In this document: one piece after another, positions 1-12,440 of the stretch
Layout: the number at the start of each line of letters is the position of its first letter
Numbering within the stretch: position 1 is the first letter of the stretch
NCBI GenBank assembly: GCA_000934665.2
Contig: JYFJ02003834.1
Coordinates: forward strand, 1 to 37,108
Length of the DNA: 37,108 nucleotides
From: Catajapyx aquilonaris
Taxonomy: Eukaryota
Direction: 5' to 3'
Position numbers and translations under genes: made by a program
Notes under the pieces: generated by a model
What the model was told of the DNA's origin: nothing
What the model saw: the letters and a program-made list of their open reading frames with translations, nothing else
The model's database searches: none

Positions 1-160
1 ACAAGGTAAGTACATGTCAATTTTCACCGGGAACCATACCATAGTTAAAAAGTTATTGAGGAATGTTTGGGTTTCCATTCGAGAGAATCACCCTGTAGTA
101 ATAAATACCCATCGACGAGAAAGAGACAAACCACATGAAGTTAAAAAAGATGCCAATATA

Positions 161-554
161 CAGGGTGGACCAACTTCAAGTGTCGTTTTATAACGGCTAT
201 TCATAGAAGCGCTTTACGATTGACGTAGCAGCAACGTGTAAAATGGCCCACTTCGGCGCCATCGAAAATATTAGCTGTGTTTCGTTTGCAGGCTTCCCCC
301 TTGCATTACAGGTCCATGGTCCATCTGGTGCCTTGGACGTCACCCATTTCACCCAGGCGCATCGCAGGTCATGTGTGCACCTCCTTTTTTCCAGGTCAAC
401 CCAGCAGCAGGGTTGATTACATGTGTGCTGCTATTGGCAGCTAATATTTTCGATGGCGCCGAAGTGGGACATTTTACACGTCGCTGCTACGTCATCGCAA
501 AACCACTGCTATTAATCGCCGTTATAAAACGACACTTGAAGTTGGTCCACCCTG
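161..554. mobile_element. Tc1/mariner-type MITE with ~117-bp TIRs
   Basis: TA|CAGGGTGGACCAACTTCAAGTGTCG...CGACACTTGAAGTTGGTCCACCCTG|TA. Arms 161-277 and 438-554 are reverse complements, with a TA TSD. Confidence 0.9.
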
Positions 555-1180
555 TATAAGGGCTTTGGAGAAAGGAGCACATTACAGAATTTTTATCGTC
601 ACGTGAGGATGACCAAAAATTTGTCATGGGACCCAATGATTAAGGGTAATTCCATGGCAACAGAGACATGATCCAAAAATGAAGTAATTAAATATTACGG
701 GGTGGAGATGCCTTATTGAAAGCAGATCTTTATGTCATTATGTCACATGAAGTAGGCATAGCAACGTTCTGCTACCAGGTAGTAGCAGAACCATGGAATA
801 GTCAAGATATAATAGTCGTAACTGACGCAACTTTGGACTGTTTGTTGCGTCTGTTACGTTAATCCTAATTTCTCCTGAAAAAATGAACATGAATAGGTGC
901 GGTCTTAATTAATCACAAAATTGCTCCTCCAGTGAAGATAACATATCAGTTGTAACATTACTCCTAAACACATTCAGCGCACAGGGTTTCACGTCACTAC
1001 AGCACCCCCCAAAGAGCTTGATTTTTTCATGTTGCGTCAGTTACATTGCATTAATATTTTATAGAGTCCATTCAAGTTACTGTTGCGAAATGATACAAAA
1101 TGGCAATAAGCTACCAGGAGGCAGCCACATGAGAATAATTTTAAATTCCTTTTCCATTAACATTTGACATTGCAATAAAT

Positions 1181-1558
<378 letters not shown>

Positions 1559-1585
1559 TGCAATAAATGTAAGTACAGCATGAAT

Positions 1586-1893
1586 CAAGGGGGTAGTCAC
1601 TCCTCAAAAAAGTGTACAAAGGCTCTCTTGGGTACCGGCTCTCTGTGGCATCGGTGAGCCAGTAAGACCATGGGTGAGCCCGTGTATATTCACTGATGAG
1701 CATGTTGGTGAGCCTAGGAGAGCCCTCAGAGAGCCGGGGTGGGCTGAGAGGCTGCCGAAGGCAAACTACGTCATATGATGAGGAAAGATGAGGAACAAAG
1801 GCGCGTTTTGCACCGGCCCTCCGCGGCTCCCCCTTGGGCTCTCTGCAGCTCTCCGTGGCTCCCCGAGGGCTCTCCGAAGTGACTACCCCCTTG
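1586..1893. mobile_element. P/hAT-type MITE
   Basis: 16-bp TIR CAAGGGGGTAGTCACT. Perfect 8-bp TSD GCATGAAT at 1578-1585 and 1894-1901. Confidence 0.88.
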
Positions 1894-3419
1894 GCATGAA
1901 TCCTGTCCAGGTGTTGCGTCAGTTACAGCGGAATTGCCCTTAACACTTAACTGGATATTTGTCTAATCAAATAAAATTTTAAATCTTCCAATGCAACAAT
2001 GGGGTCCTAGCCTTGGTCTGGGATTTGGGATTTTTGTTCATAAATAGCTAGCCCATGCCTGTAAACACACATTCCATCACTCTGTTGCATCAAAATGACA
2101 TTACTGAATAAATTACGGCGTATTTGCCTTCAAAATTGGCGGGAAAAACGGGGCAGCCGAGTGGTGCCAATCGAAGGGTACACTGAAATGCATGGTTGAC
2201 TGCGACAGATGAGGAATTTGATTTTGAATTTACCGCGGACCCGAAGGAAAACATTCGCAAGGCGGCTGTAGGCGATGGAGGTGGAGAAATGGGGTCTTTA
2301 TGTACCGAATTTGGGGGACAAATAATTCCGAGCTGCTGGCATCGCTGCTAGGCCCGAATCGGTTTGAGCGGCCTAGAGTAAAAACGCGCCCGGCCGCTAT
2401 CTTGCTCACGCTTATTCATTCCCTCCTGCACACAGCGGGGTGGGTTCGCCCCAGGGCGACCTGCCCGTCCTCCAACCCGAGCTCTGCGAGGGTCTGGCAC
2501 CGCAGGCACCAGGAATAGGTGGTATCGGCGAGAGAGCCATCTCTAGGTATTTTCTTGAACTAATGCGAGCGGCGGCCATATTAATTATTCAGAGTACAGC
2601 GTTAAGGGGGGGATAAAGAGAATTTGGGAGTAAAGTTCTCGCTAACTAACAACAGCAGAACCGATTTTTTTTTGTGTGTAAGTGTAACTGACCTCTCTCT
2701 TACACATGTACACTGTACTTTTCCCATATTCTTAATGTAGTATTATAAAAAGTCATTTGCATTCTGGAGTAATTTACGCAGTCGTAAAATTTTAAGTTGT
2801 GTCGTAACAAGCACTCAAAAATGCGGAAAAATGAGGTGCTCCGGGCCTACAAAGCCGATTTTTATGTTTAGCTATAGGTTCTCGGCAAATAATAATTTTG
2901 TCAAAATTTGACTGATTTGAGAACTACTAGAAGTAGGGGGAACCCTCATTTTCACGGTTTTTATTGTGCCTAGAGGGAATGGTCAACCGCAAACGTGACC
3001 TTTCTTTTGTATCGGGAGGGTGGGATCCACTGCCTCCTCTTTCGGCCAGAGTTGGAACTCGAAGAAGGTCCGGGTTTTCTTTACCCCAACCTTAAGGAGA
3101 GAGTCGGCTGTCAATGTGCCTGCTGGAGAGTCAGAGTGGCAAGGGTTGCCCTGTGGAAATGTACACTTGTCACATAAATAAATTAATACAATTTTGCTGA
3201 ACCCCAGAAAGCAAAACTTCGACAGAAATTTGACCCAACAGGCAACTTTCCTATTTCGCTATTTATTTTTGGCATAGTTTTTGAACTTTATGAAGCAATT
3301 TCTGGACTTTTTGGGCCTATTCTGTACCTATTCCTTCAGAGGCATTTTTTCCAGTTTGCGGAGTAAATATTTGTTGAGCTCGTCCTGAAGGGACCAAAAT
3401 CGTTCCAACGTAATTTGTA

Positions 3420-3790
3420 CGACATAGTTTCACTAATGAGAATCTAGACAAATATTTGATGACATGCTGTGCAAGTGGAAACGGGCTACAAGCAGTAGAG
3501 TCCAGAGCAAGTGATAGATGCTTGCACTTACTATTGGTGTATTTTGACCACGTTTTGTGATGTTCTGTTAGTTTGTCTTTGTTTTTCAGTTTTTGCCAGG
3601 TTTTTGACCTTATATTTATACTTTCGGACTAGAAACATTTTGTCTAGCGTTTGATTTTCCGTAACATTATCCTCCAAAAAAAGTACAATTCTCATGCCTA
3701 TTTCAGGTTTTTTCGAGTCAATTTAAGGGTTTATTTGTGCCTATTCCATGGTATTTTCTTGCCTAAAAATGCAGACTTTACTTATTACCG
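3420..3790 (+). mobile_element. Possible hAT-like transposon 3' remnant
   Basis: Frame from 3420 reads RHSFTNENLDKYLMTCC, resembling the C-terminus of insect hAT transposases (from memory). TGCCTA subterminal repeats follow. No left end found. Confidence 0.35.
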
Positions 3791-3914
3791 TACACCAGTA
3801 CAGCAATTCCCGCAAGTACTGTGATGCACGAAGCTTTTACGAAAAGATTGGAAAAAGTAATAAATGTGACTAGAAAAGTCGAAATATAGGGGGCTTCCAA
3901 ATGGTGAAATAATT

Positions 3915-5635
3915 TTTTTTCGCTGGTTTTTCACATATGTTGTAGCCCTACATGTGAACTACATGTGGCCATATCAGTCCTGTTGGCTAGTATAATACTA
4001 CGGAAGATTGGGCCTCTTAAGTGAGACCCCCTCCATATATGTCGTCATTATGATGGGTACACCCAACATGCAAATCGCCCCACCTTGCTCAGTGCAGATG
4101 TTGATATTCAAGTTGGGATGATCACTGGTGAAAGTACGACACATGTACGACTCCTTTGGTAGCCCACACCCTCCTCCCCAAGCAAACCCATGCCTCCCAC
4201 CCCACAATAAACACAAATTGATTTGTCAGTTCGGCCCCGTTTGGTCCCTTCATGTGGCGGATTTTTATGATTTTCTGGGGTTTCGATGACACAGCAATGC
4301 TAAAACATTGTACCAAAGCGTTTCGAAAAATATTGATTTCTGCCGATTTTTTGGGAAGTGATAATTTCGTTACAGACTCTTCTTCTTATTTTGGCTTTTT
4401 CTCTGGAACTAATCAAGATACAGAAGTGAATTTGGTGTCATTGTACTCAGAGATACTGGTAGAAACGTACGCCATGGTAAAATGTAAAATTGAAATTTTG
4501 TTTGTTAAAAGGTTTAAATTTAAAATTTATTTAATGTTTCGATTTTAAAATTAGAACATTTTAACAAAAAAAAATTCAATTTCACATTTTACCGTGGCGT
4601 ACGCTTCTACCAGTATTTCTGAGTACAATGACACCAAATTCACTTCTGTATCTTGATTAGTTCCAGAGAAAAAGCCAAAAGAAGAAGAGTCTGTAACGAA
4701 ATTACCACTCCCCCAAAAATCGGCAAAAATCAATATTTTTCAAAACTCTTTGGTACAATGTTTTTAGCATCGCTGTGTCATCGAAAACCCAGAAAATCAT
4801 AAAAATCCGCCACATGAAGGGTACAAACGGGGCCGAACTGACAAATCAATTTGTGTTTGTGGGGGTGGGAGGCATGGGTTTGCTTGGGGAGGGGGGTGTG
4901 GGCTTCCAAAGGAGTCTTACATGTGTCGTACTCTCACCAGTGATCATCCCAACTTGAATATCAACATTTTCACTGAGCAAGGTGGGGCGATTTGCATGTT
5001 GGGTGTACCCATCATAATGACGACATATATGGAGGGAGTCTCACTTAAAGGAAGAGTTCAGTGATTTTGCATGTTGGGCTTCAGAGATCAAGGAAGACTC
5101 CCTGATTCCAAAAATGTGGTCAGTTTTGGAATCTGATGCCGCGTAAACAAATGCCGTTAGGTGAAAGTCAATATCCGCTACTGTATTCGATACGGTAAGC
5201 GTACAGCCAGCGCCTCCCGCGGAAATTCCGGTAACCTGCCACCACCGTGGCCAATGAGATTGGCTTAGTCTCGGAGCCCATTTTTTCATCTTTCCACGGG
5301 ACACGGGTTCCCTCTAGCCACAAGAGTGGAAGTTTCGACCGCTGCATCGAAGCTTCCACTCTTGTGGCTAGAGGGAAGCCGTGATCGGCGCTGATTTTCA
5401 AAAAAATCAACTTTGACTTGAAATTTTACGCTTATGGTGCATTTGCCAACAAAACGGATCGGATATTTCAAATCAGGGAGTCGTGTTCGATTTTTGGAGC
5501 TCAACATGCAAAATCACTGAACGCTTCCTTTAAGAGGTCCAATCGTCCGTAGTATTATACTAGCCAACAGGACTGATATGGCCACATGTAGTTCACATGG
5601 TAGGGCTACAACATACGTGAAAACCAGCGAAAAAT
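3915..5635. repeat. Large fold-back inverted repeat (~610-bp arms, ~17-bp spacer); right arm interrupted by a MITE
   Basis: 3915-4525 is the reverse complement of 4543-5048 plus 5534-5635. The mirror ORFs 4252(+) and 4551(-) encode near-identical peptides. Confidence 0.9.
5049..5529. mobile_element. Kolobok-type MITE (TTAA TSD)
   Basis: TTAA|AGGAAGAGTTCAGTGATTTTGCATGTTG...CAACATGCAAAATCACTGAACGCTTCCT|TTAA. Absent from the mirror arm, which shows the empty site. Confidence 0.88.
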
Positions 5636-6176
5636 AAAGGGGAATAATTTTAAAAATTAAATGTTTAAAATTTGCAATTTCAATATTTTTAACGCAAAAA
5701 TTCAAAATATTAAAATTAACCATAGAATACGATTATATCAACCTTTCTGAGTAAATTGATATCAAAAGCACATCTGTCTCACGATTACTTGCGGAGAAAC
5801 AGCTAAAAGAAAAATGGCTCTCAAAGAAAAGGCTCAAAATTACCACCCCCCCAAAAAACAGGTAAAAATCAAAATATTTCAAAACGCTTTGGTACAATGT
5901 TTTAGCAGCGCTAGGTGACCATAACCTGTGAATATCATTCAAATCCGCCACATCAAGGGTACAAAGGGGGTCCCACTGACATGGAATGGCCCTAAATAAA
6001 TAAATAAAAACTTCAGAAAGACCTCAAATCCAGCCTTAAATATTTGTAAAGAGTGTTGGAATTGGGCAGAGGGTGGGAGAGGGTGAGAGAAGGCAGGAAG
6101 AAAGACAGAGGAGGGGGGGAAGGGGAGAGGGGAAACGGCACTAACTAAAATCAACATCAAAATCCAGAGTAATGTA

Positions 6177-6350
6177 CAGTGTGACTCTAAATTCAGGACA
6201 CATGGGTAATTGGATTGTATTGTAGGTTTCCAGTTGTGCCAACTACCAAATTGTTGACAGTCAGTAAAGTTTGAGTTGGCACAGTTGGCAAAACTGGCAA
6301 CCCACAATGCAATCCAATTACCCATGTATCCGGACTTTAGGAACACCCTG
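6177..6350. mobile_element. Short Tc1/mariner-type MITE
   Basis: TA|CAGTGTG...CACCCTG|TA with imperfect TIRs (CATGGGTAATTGGATTG / CAATCCAATTACCCATG). A related fragment lies at ~33951-34032. Confidence 0.8.
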
Positions 6351-6406
6351 TATAAGCGATTATTCTAACCACTTCTTCAGTGGACAGAAGTGAACAGACT
6401 GCACAC

Positions 6407-6569
6407 CTGCATACAATCATGGTGATAAAATGCCTTCTTGCAGCAGGTTCCCCACAGCTTGCGGACACTATCAGAAGTCCCGACTTCCTCAATGCAGATG
6501 GGACACAACTTTTCCTGTTCACCCACTGGCTCCACCACCTGCTGTGGGCGATGCTGACAGCAATATGTC
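6407..6569 (-). CDS. G2E3: G2E3/PHF7/pineapple eye-like gene copy A, coding exon 4 (end of ePHD, RING/PHD-like finger)
   Basis: tttag|...|gtgtgc. Encodes (K)TYCCQHRPQQVVEPVGEQEKLCPICIEEVGTSDSVRKLWGTCCKKAFYHHDCMQ, matching the family pattern SFCxxHRP...CxIC...CC...FHxxC. Phase is compatible with the previous exon. Confidence 0.9.
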
Positions 6570-7253
6570 CTAAACAACAGAAGAAGATGTGTGTGGAATA
6601 ATGGGACAGTTCATAAATAGTACAGTAAAAATGGCCCTAAAATAGCCCCAACATTGAAAAAATTGGTACCGCCACGAAACTTTCGTTATTACTCCCACTG
6701 CTAATGCAGTTGAAGATTCTGAAGAGTCCCTAATGAATGGGGGGGTGGAAAGTGGTTTTTGGGGGTGGGAGAGGGGGGGTTGCAGGGAAAAATGAGATCC
6801 GCCAAAGTATAAGTGTGGGATGTCCATTCACATAGTTTATTTGGCATGCACAAGCGAATGAAACTATAATCAGCGATAAAACCAACAATTGACGAGATAA
6901 AACAAGTTTGCATTAAATTGTTTCCGGGGAACACAACCCCAGCCCAGCTATGTCCCGCATTACTTTTACCGACCTATACAGACTTTGCCTTCCTGCTGCA
7001 AGTCCAACGTACAGCCGAAATTTCAAAAAACCTGTGACTTGCAGCTGCCACAAGTAACACAAGTAGTTGTTTTCGATGGGTACGATGACCTGAATATGGC
7101 CAAATTGGAGATGGTCATAGCAAAAGGTGGGCCTTTTGATGCAGACTGCCTTATATACGTAAGTAAAAGTGGAGAACCACATCATGCTTAACATAGAACA
7201 TCTCATATTCTTGGCAATTACTTTACCAGAATGCCAATGTTATATGTACATAC

Positions 7254-7378
7254 TTGAATTCATCAAAGAACTGATGCAAGGAACCCCTTTTAAATCCACA
7301 TGGTAGGTGGAAAATCTTTTTGCATTTCTTGACACAACATCCTAGAGTGGCTTGCGGGAGGTGACAGTAGCTGCATGG
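7254..7378 (-). CDS. G2E3: G2E3/PHF7-like gene copy A, coding exon 3
   Basis: ttatag|...|gtatgt. Encodes PCSYCHLPQATLGCCVKKCKKIFHLPCGFKRGSLHQFFDEF(K), an extended PHD zinc finger. Confidence 0.92.
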
Positions 7379-7449
7379 CTATAACCAATTGGAAAACAGA
7401 TTACACGCAGTTTCGGGAAGTATGAAACTCAACAAGAAATAGAACAGAC

Positions 7450-7551
7450 CAGAGATTTTCCTCTGTTCAGCTCTTTTTTAATATCCTCAGGCAGGAATCC
7501 TAAAATTCCTTCGTCATCTTCACCATTCTGAGCTACTCCAGATGACAAAAG
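7450..7551 (-). CDS. G2E3: G2E3/PHF7-like gene copy A, coding exon 2
   Basis: ccacag|...|gtctgt. Encodes LLSSGVAQNGEDDEGILGFLPEDIKKELNRGKSL, the hallmark G2E3/PHF7 motif. A 71-nt intron separates it from the next exon. Confidence 0.92.
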
Positions 7552-7628
7552 CTGTGGAAGAGAAAGTCACAACTAAAGAATCCCTGCTTGTGTGACCCTA
7601 CCACCAGTAGATGAAGCTACTGCCTATA

Positions 7629-8063
7629 CAGGGTTCGGAAATTTAACCTACCGTCGCTTTGGGAAATGATACGACGGGTTCTAGGCGATCACTTTGAGTA
7701 TATGCAACATGGGTCTCAGACGCATAGTTACCGAGATTATGTGCTTCAAGCACAAGGTATAAAATATCCTGGCACGTATGCGGCCCTCCACACGACCTTA
7801 CCTTTTTCATTTTAATTTAAGGTGTTATACCATGTAATTTCATTTTAATTTACGATCCTGTTAGGTGTATCAGGGAATGACCTAAGCGATGAAAGTGTTG
7901 TATGCAGTATCCGAAACGTATAAGCTGGGATAATGCACTTTTTATTTAATGCGAATTATCTTAGTAACTATGTGTTGGAGACCCATGTTGCATATACTCA
8001 GTGATCGCCTAGAACCCCTCCATCATTTCCCAAAGCGACTGTATATTAAATTTCTGAACCCTG
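7629..8063. mobile_element. Tc1/mariner-type MITE
   Basis: TA|CAGGGTTCGGAAATTTAA...TTAAATTTCTGAACCCTG|TA, with imperfect TIRs of over 90 bp. Confidence 0.88.
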
Positions 8064-8067
8064 TATA

Positions 8068-8070
8068 TTT

Positions 8071-8106
<36 letters not shown>

Positions 8107-8374
8107 TCTACCCCGTGATAGGGCGGAGCCCTTTTAGGGGGGAAGGGGAGGTTCCCAAGGGAGGGCGCTGTAATTATACTCATTTATGACTCTGAAATAC
8201 ACCAGGCCTTTTCTCCTGGCCCTGGGCAGAGTAGGGAGTGCAATTCGGCCCTGGCATGTCGGGTGAAAAGCAGAAAAAGACCCGGCCAAACAGAGGTGAC
8301 GGGGGACGGGATTTGAATCCCGGCCTCCTGCTTGGCTGGCCAGTGGCGTAACCACTAGACCACCATGCCTCCCA
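8068..8374 (-). mobile_element. tRNA-derived SINE, family 2, (AAAT)n tail
   Basis: Head GGTGGTCTAGTGGTT...GATTCAAATCC. 14-bp TSD CTGAACCCTGTATA at 8054-8067 and 8375-8388. A second copy lies at 26593. Confidence 0.9.
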
Positions 8375-8747
8375 CTGAACCCTGTATAGCTACCAGGGTT
8401 GTCGCCACATGCAAACCTCCACCACCACAAAAAGATGAAGAACATGTATCTTACTTTGGCACTGATATTCTCACACAATTTTTTTGGGCGTACATAATTA
8501 TATCAAATGAGGTGTCAGTTTGCTGCAGTACAGATTTGGGTCTTTTTGAGGTTTATACAAACTTAAAGGAAAAACTTGGACATGGCATGACAGCCCAAAT
8601 CTTTCCATGTGTGACATCACTACTCAGAAGACTTCCACATATATCGAGAGATGGTGTGTTTTCCCCTATGTGCAGAATAATGTACACTCATGAACAAAAT
8701 GGAGTCGGAGAAGGTCCAGCCAAAATGAATTACATTTTCCGATTGTA

Positions 8748-10153
8748 CGAGGGCCAGTCAACACAAATTGATATTGATTTTTTTGTGATAAAGAGAATTA
8801 GTTTATGACTTGCTGTGAATCGCATCATGCGCAGAATGGATTGAAGTATTAGGTCACCAATTTCTGTTCGAATATTCTACGATCCCAGGCAACAATGACA
8901 CCGGATGTAGAGTTAGGTTGATATTCGCCTCCGCTCTGCCAGGAGGTCAGCAGTGAGGACCAATATTCAGCGTTGAGGTTTTGCTTCAGTTTGAAGACAA
9001 CAGCGATGAAGGCACACAACGTGCTAGGACAGGGGTATGATGAAGAAGTGTTCTGCAGCATTCCGATGGTACAAATCATCCAGCGAGGGTTGGTAGTCTG
9101 CTTTCGAAGAGACAGGTTTGTAGACTCACATCTGAGGAGATCTTGAACACCACCTGTGCAGTGATTTTCCAGGAAGATCACTGCGGAACAGTTGATGACT
9201 TTGCCAGAATACGCGGTATCTCCCGTGGTAGTGCCTACATGATTTTGCATTGACCATTTTCATGTGTGACGCGTTTGCACCCAATGTGATGGGGGCCCCA
9301 GGCTGTTGACACCAGAGGTGAGGCAGATGCTGGTGGAGGTTTGCAAAGAGTTGCAACGTCTTGTGGCCGAACATAGTGACTGGCGTCTGCTACTCATAAT
9401 CTTAGCATATCGTACACCTCCCTGGCTGTTTTTTTCAAATGGAAACAAAACCTCAACACTGAATATTGGTCATCACTGCCAACCTCCTGACAGAGAGGGG
9501 GTGAATGTGAACCTAATATTTCCGGTGTCAGAATTGTGTGGGATGGTGGAAGATTCGAACAAGAATTGGTGTTCTAATATGTCAATCCATTCTGAACACG
9601 ATGCCATTTGCCGCGATTAACCCTTAACTACGTAGGTGGAGCCTGAGAGGCTCCAAGCACTATTTAAACGCATGTAACTTTTTCATTGAATTTTATTTTC
9701 CACTCTCCTTCCGTGACTTTGTCAGAAAAACCTTCCTAAGCATGAAAAGGAAAGAAAAAAATTTTTAGTCCCTATTCTTTGGTTTAAAAAAATTCGTAAC
9801 GAGGAACAGGTCCCTCTAACCACTCAGGCTATCCCTATGCAGGTGAAGCCAGAGCGGCTCAAAGTTGTTGATGTAGCCTTTTATTTAAAAATTTTTCCCT
9901 GTCAGAATATGCTGACTCAGCGTGTGATTTTTACGTTTTCGGAAGCCTAATGATCTGAACTGCACATTCTGTATGTGAAAAGTCCAATATAACAATTTAG
10001 TTGATAAGCATAAATTTAAATATACCGTTGGAGCCTCTCAGGCTCCACCTACGTAGTTAAAGGTGTTTCGCCCACCTACGTAGTTAAGGGTTAATTAACT
10101 AATTCTCTTTGTCACATAACAAATCAGTCTCAATTTGTTTTGACTAGCCCTCA
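8748..10153. mobile_element. Mariner-derived non-autonomous element with long TIRs and degraded transposase fragments
   Basis: TA|CGAGGGCCAGTCAA...TTGACTAGCCCTCA|TA. 8748-9003 mirrors 9425-9616 plus 10095-10153. PRLLTPEVRQMLVEVCKEL at ~9297-9360 resembles the mariner WVPxxL linker. Confidence 0.8.
9621..10090. mobile_element. piggyBac-type MITE nested in the mariner element
   Basis: TTAA|CCCTTAACTACGTAGGTGG...CCACCTACGTAGTTAAGGG|TTAA, with an extra subterminal inverted copy at 10028-10063. Confidence 0.9.
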
Positions 10154-10329
10154 TAAAATGTAATACTTTTGTTACTTTTTTTTGACTTGTTTATTACTCT
10201 TTGTAAGGAACATTGTAACTAAATAAGGCATCTGTATAGCAGTGCTCTCTAGGCTCTAGCAGTCTAGGTTTGTTTTTATTTTTTGAAAGGTCGTAGAGCC
10301 AAAAAAGGCTACATCCACATAATAAAAGT

Positions 10330-10445
10330 TAGAGTTAGCATACGCTAATATTGATATCTGTTTAGCGTTAACCAAGCCAACTGTTTTAGTTAGCGGATTA
10401 GCTGTAAGCGAAGCTAACCTTTCTGTTAGCTGTGCCCACCACTGC
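10330..10445. mobile_element. One end of a hAT-type MITE
   Basis: Ends GTTAGCTGTGCCCACCACTG with GTTAGC subterminal repeats, like the right end of 14908-15130. The other end was not found. Confidence 0.5.
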
Positions 10446-10963
10446 AAAAAGGTAATATTGGAGAATTTTTTTACTTTTGGTTCTGTGGCCCTCCACTGGC
10501 AAGTTCAAAAAAGAATAGCAAATAGCACATTTGGTGGTATGGCTGAAGGTCTTTCAAGTTGAATGCTATGGAACCTGTACCAGTACTACATCAGTCCTTG
10601 ATGTTGTGGCTAAAAAAAACTCCTGTGCTCCTCACTAAAGTTAGTCCTGTTGTCGCAAAATTAAAATTCAGTTTTCATGCACGAGACAATTCCTGACAGG
10701 AAAAATGGGAGAGGGAAAAACAAAAAAAAAATTAAATGGGTACAAAAATAAAATAAATGAAAATAAACAAATAAACAAAACTTGTAATAAGGCGCTGCGG
10801 CTATAAAAGATTGGTGACTAAGTTATTATATCAAGTAACTGGGCCTTTTTTAGGCAACTGAGCAAGGTAGAGTGAATCCATTGATTGGATGTTTTTAACC
10901 CAGAACTCACATATAATTATCAGTCAGGTGTGAAAAAATTGCATCTAATCATCCACGGCTTAC

Positions 10964-11083
10964 CAAGCAGTAGTAGTGCACAACAATTCCCTCAGTAGTG
11001 TAAAACTTTCCATAATGCAAATCATCCACTTCTGAGCTGTGACAGAACATGCAGGTCTTGTTTAATTTCTTCTGTGGAGCCAT
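10964..11083 (-). CDS. G2E3: G2E3/PHF7-like gene copy A, coding exon 1 (ATG at 11083; exon acceptor at 11094)
   Basis: tttatcag|GTTATTGCAAC ATG...|gtaagc. Encodes MAPQKKLNKTCMFCHSSEVDDLHYGKFYTTEGIVVHYYCL, matching CxxC...YG...VHYxCL and joining LLSSG in phase 0. Confidence 0.92.
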
Positions 11084-11605
11084 GTTGCAATAACCTGATA
11101 AAGAGAAAAATCTTTCAGTGAGTGGGACTGGATCAACAATTTAATTTACAGTTTCATCACTGAGAGGGTATTTAACCCTGTGTCTCCCACTCAATTTTGC
11201 ACTGTTCGGGTGGGGGTTTAAAAAGAGCGCCCTAGGTGAAAATCACTGCATCTGGCACTATTGGTTGCACTCTCGATTCATGCACAAGAGGGGGCTGAAC
11301 ATTGCGAGACATACCAACCTACGCTGCATATCGAGAGAGTGCAGCAACTGGCTCATAAACTATGCACAAGACGGTGACGTCATCTTATTGCGTCATATAT
11401 GCGGTTTTTTAAAGGCAGCTTCTACCCATCTCAAAAATCCAAGATAATTCTATGTGGTTGGCCAGTCTCTCTGATAAATTATGAAAACAAAGTACAGAAT
11501 CTAAAAATCTCATATTTACTCGTACTTCTTCATTTGAGTTGCCACAACTGGCCATAAGAGGGGCATGCAGAAAAATTGCACTGTTGTATTATCAGCAATC
11601 TGTCA

Positions 11606-11768
11606 AGGCCCATTCACACAGGCCGTCGACGGTTTTGGTTTTGGACCAATCAGAGTGGGCCCTCATGGTAACCATGATGCGTTGTTTACATGAGGGCCCG
11701 TTCTGATTGGTCCGTGGCGTCGAGGAGACCAGAAACCAAAACCGTCGACGGCCTGTGTGAATGGGCCT
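11606..11768. mobile_element. PIF/Harbinger-type MITE
   Basis: TIR AGGCCCATTCACACAGGCCGTCGACGGTTTTGGT on both ends. 3-bp flanks TCA/TTA. Nearly fully palindromic. Confidence 0.85.
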
Positions 11769-12386
11769 TTATGCACACAGTCCCATGACTAGACATATCA
11801 CTACAGATGGAAGCAGGCAAGTTCTCAGTAAAACCATTCTAATGTTACGAGCTCCGGTGGAGCATCCTGACTGCCTGTAGGTAGCTACAGTTTTAGCTAT
11901 GTTTTATTACCACCTGGTACATCGAGATGATTCATGCATGTGGTAAAGCGATCTCAGCTAGCAATAAAATACTGTTGAGATGCAGCTGAAATCTGTAAGC
12001 AGGTCCTTTTAGAGTGCAATTCAAAGTTAGGCTGGGAGCGGCTGGGAGAGACACTCGAAGAGATCTCATTATCAGCATACTGCTATGCTGCTTCTACAGT
12101 GGCTAAATATATCTACAGCCAAGTTTAATTATTGTTAGCTTGAAATTATATGATTATTGTAATTTGTGAACATGTCAGTCTGCTCTCATCTGCCTGATTG
12201 ACACCTTGACACACTATAGAGCTGAAAAAACCACCTCCAAACACGCCAACCCGACAAAGCCAACTGTTCACAATGTCCTCTATGTGCCATTAACCAATTT
12301 CAATAGTAATGCAGTAAAAACAATGTTGTATTGACCTGTTTCTCGTAAGAGTGTAACGAAGTAATTTCTTCCCGTCTTATACTTAC

Positions 12387-12440
12387 CGCGCTTGTTTTAC
12401 GCTGCTTAACGGATTCTTTTTCCCTTGTCGAACGAAGCAT
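12387..12440 (-). other. Putative non-coding first exon of G2E3-like copy A (5' boundary unknown)
   Basis: Perfect donor G|GTAAGT at 12386-12381, at the edge of a CpG-rich region. The ATG exon has a clean acceptor, so an upstream exon is needed. Confidence 0.5.

Noticed and set aside
4252..4957. Duplicated small genes on opposite strands
   Set aside because: The mirror ORFs arise from the palindrome arms and show no protein-like features or splice support.
8365..8808. 147-aa ORF
   Set aside because: It runs from a SINE edge into a mariner TIR, lies antisense within an intron and has no recognisable domain.
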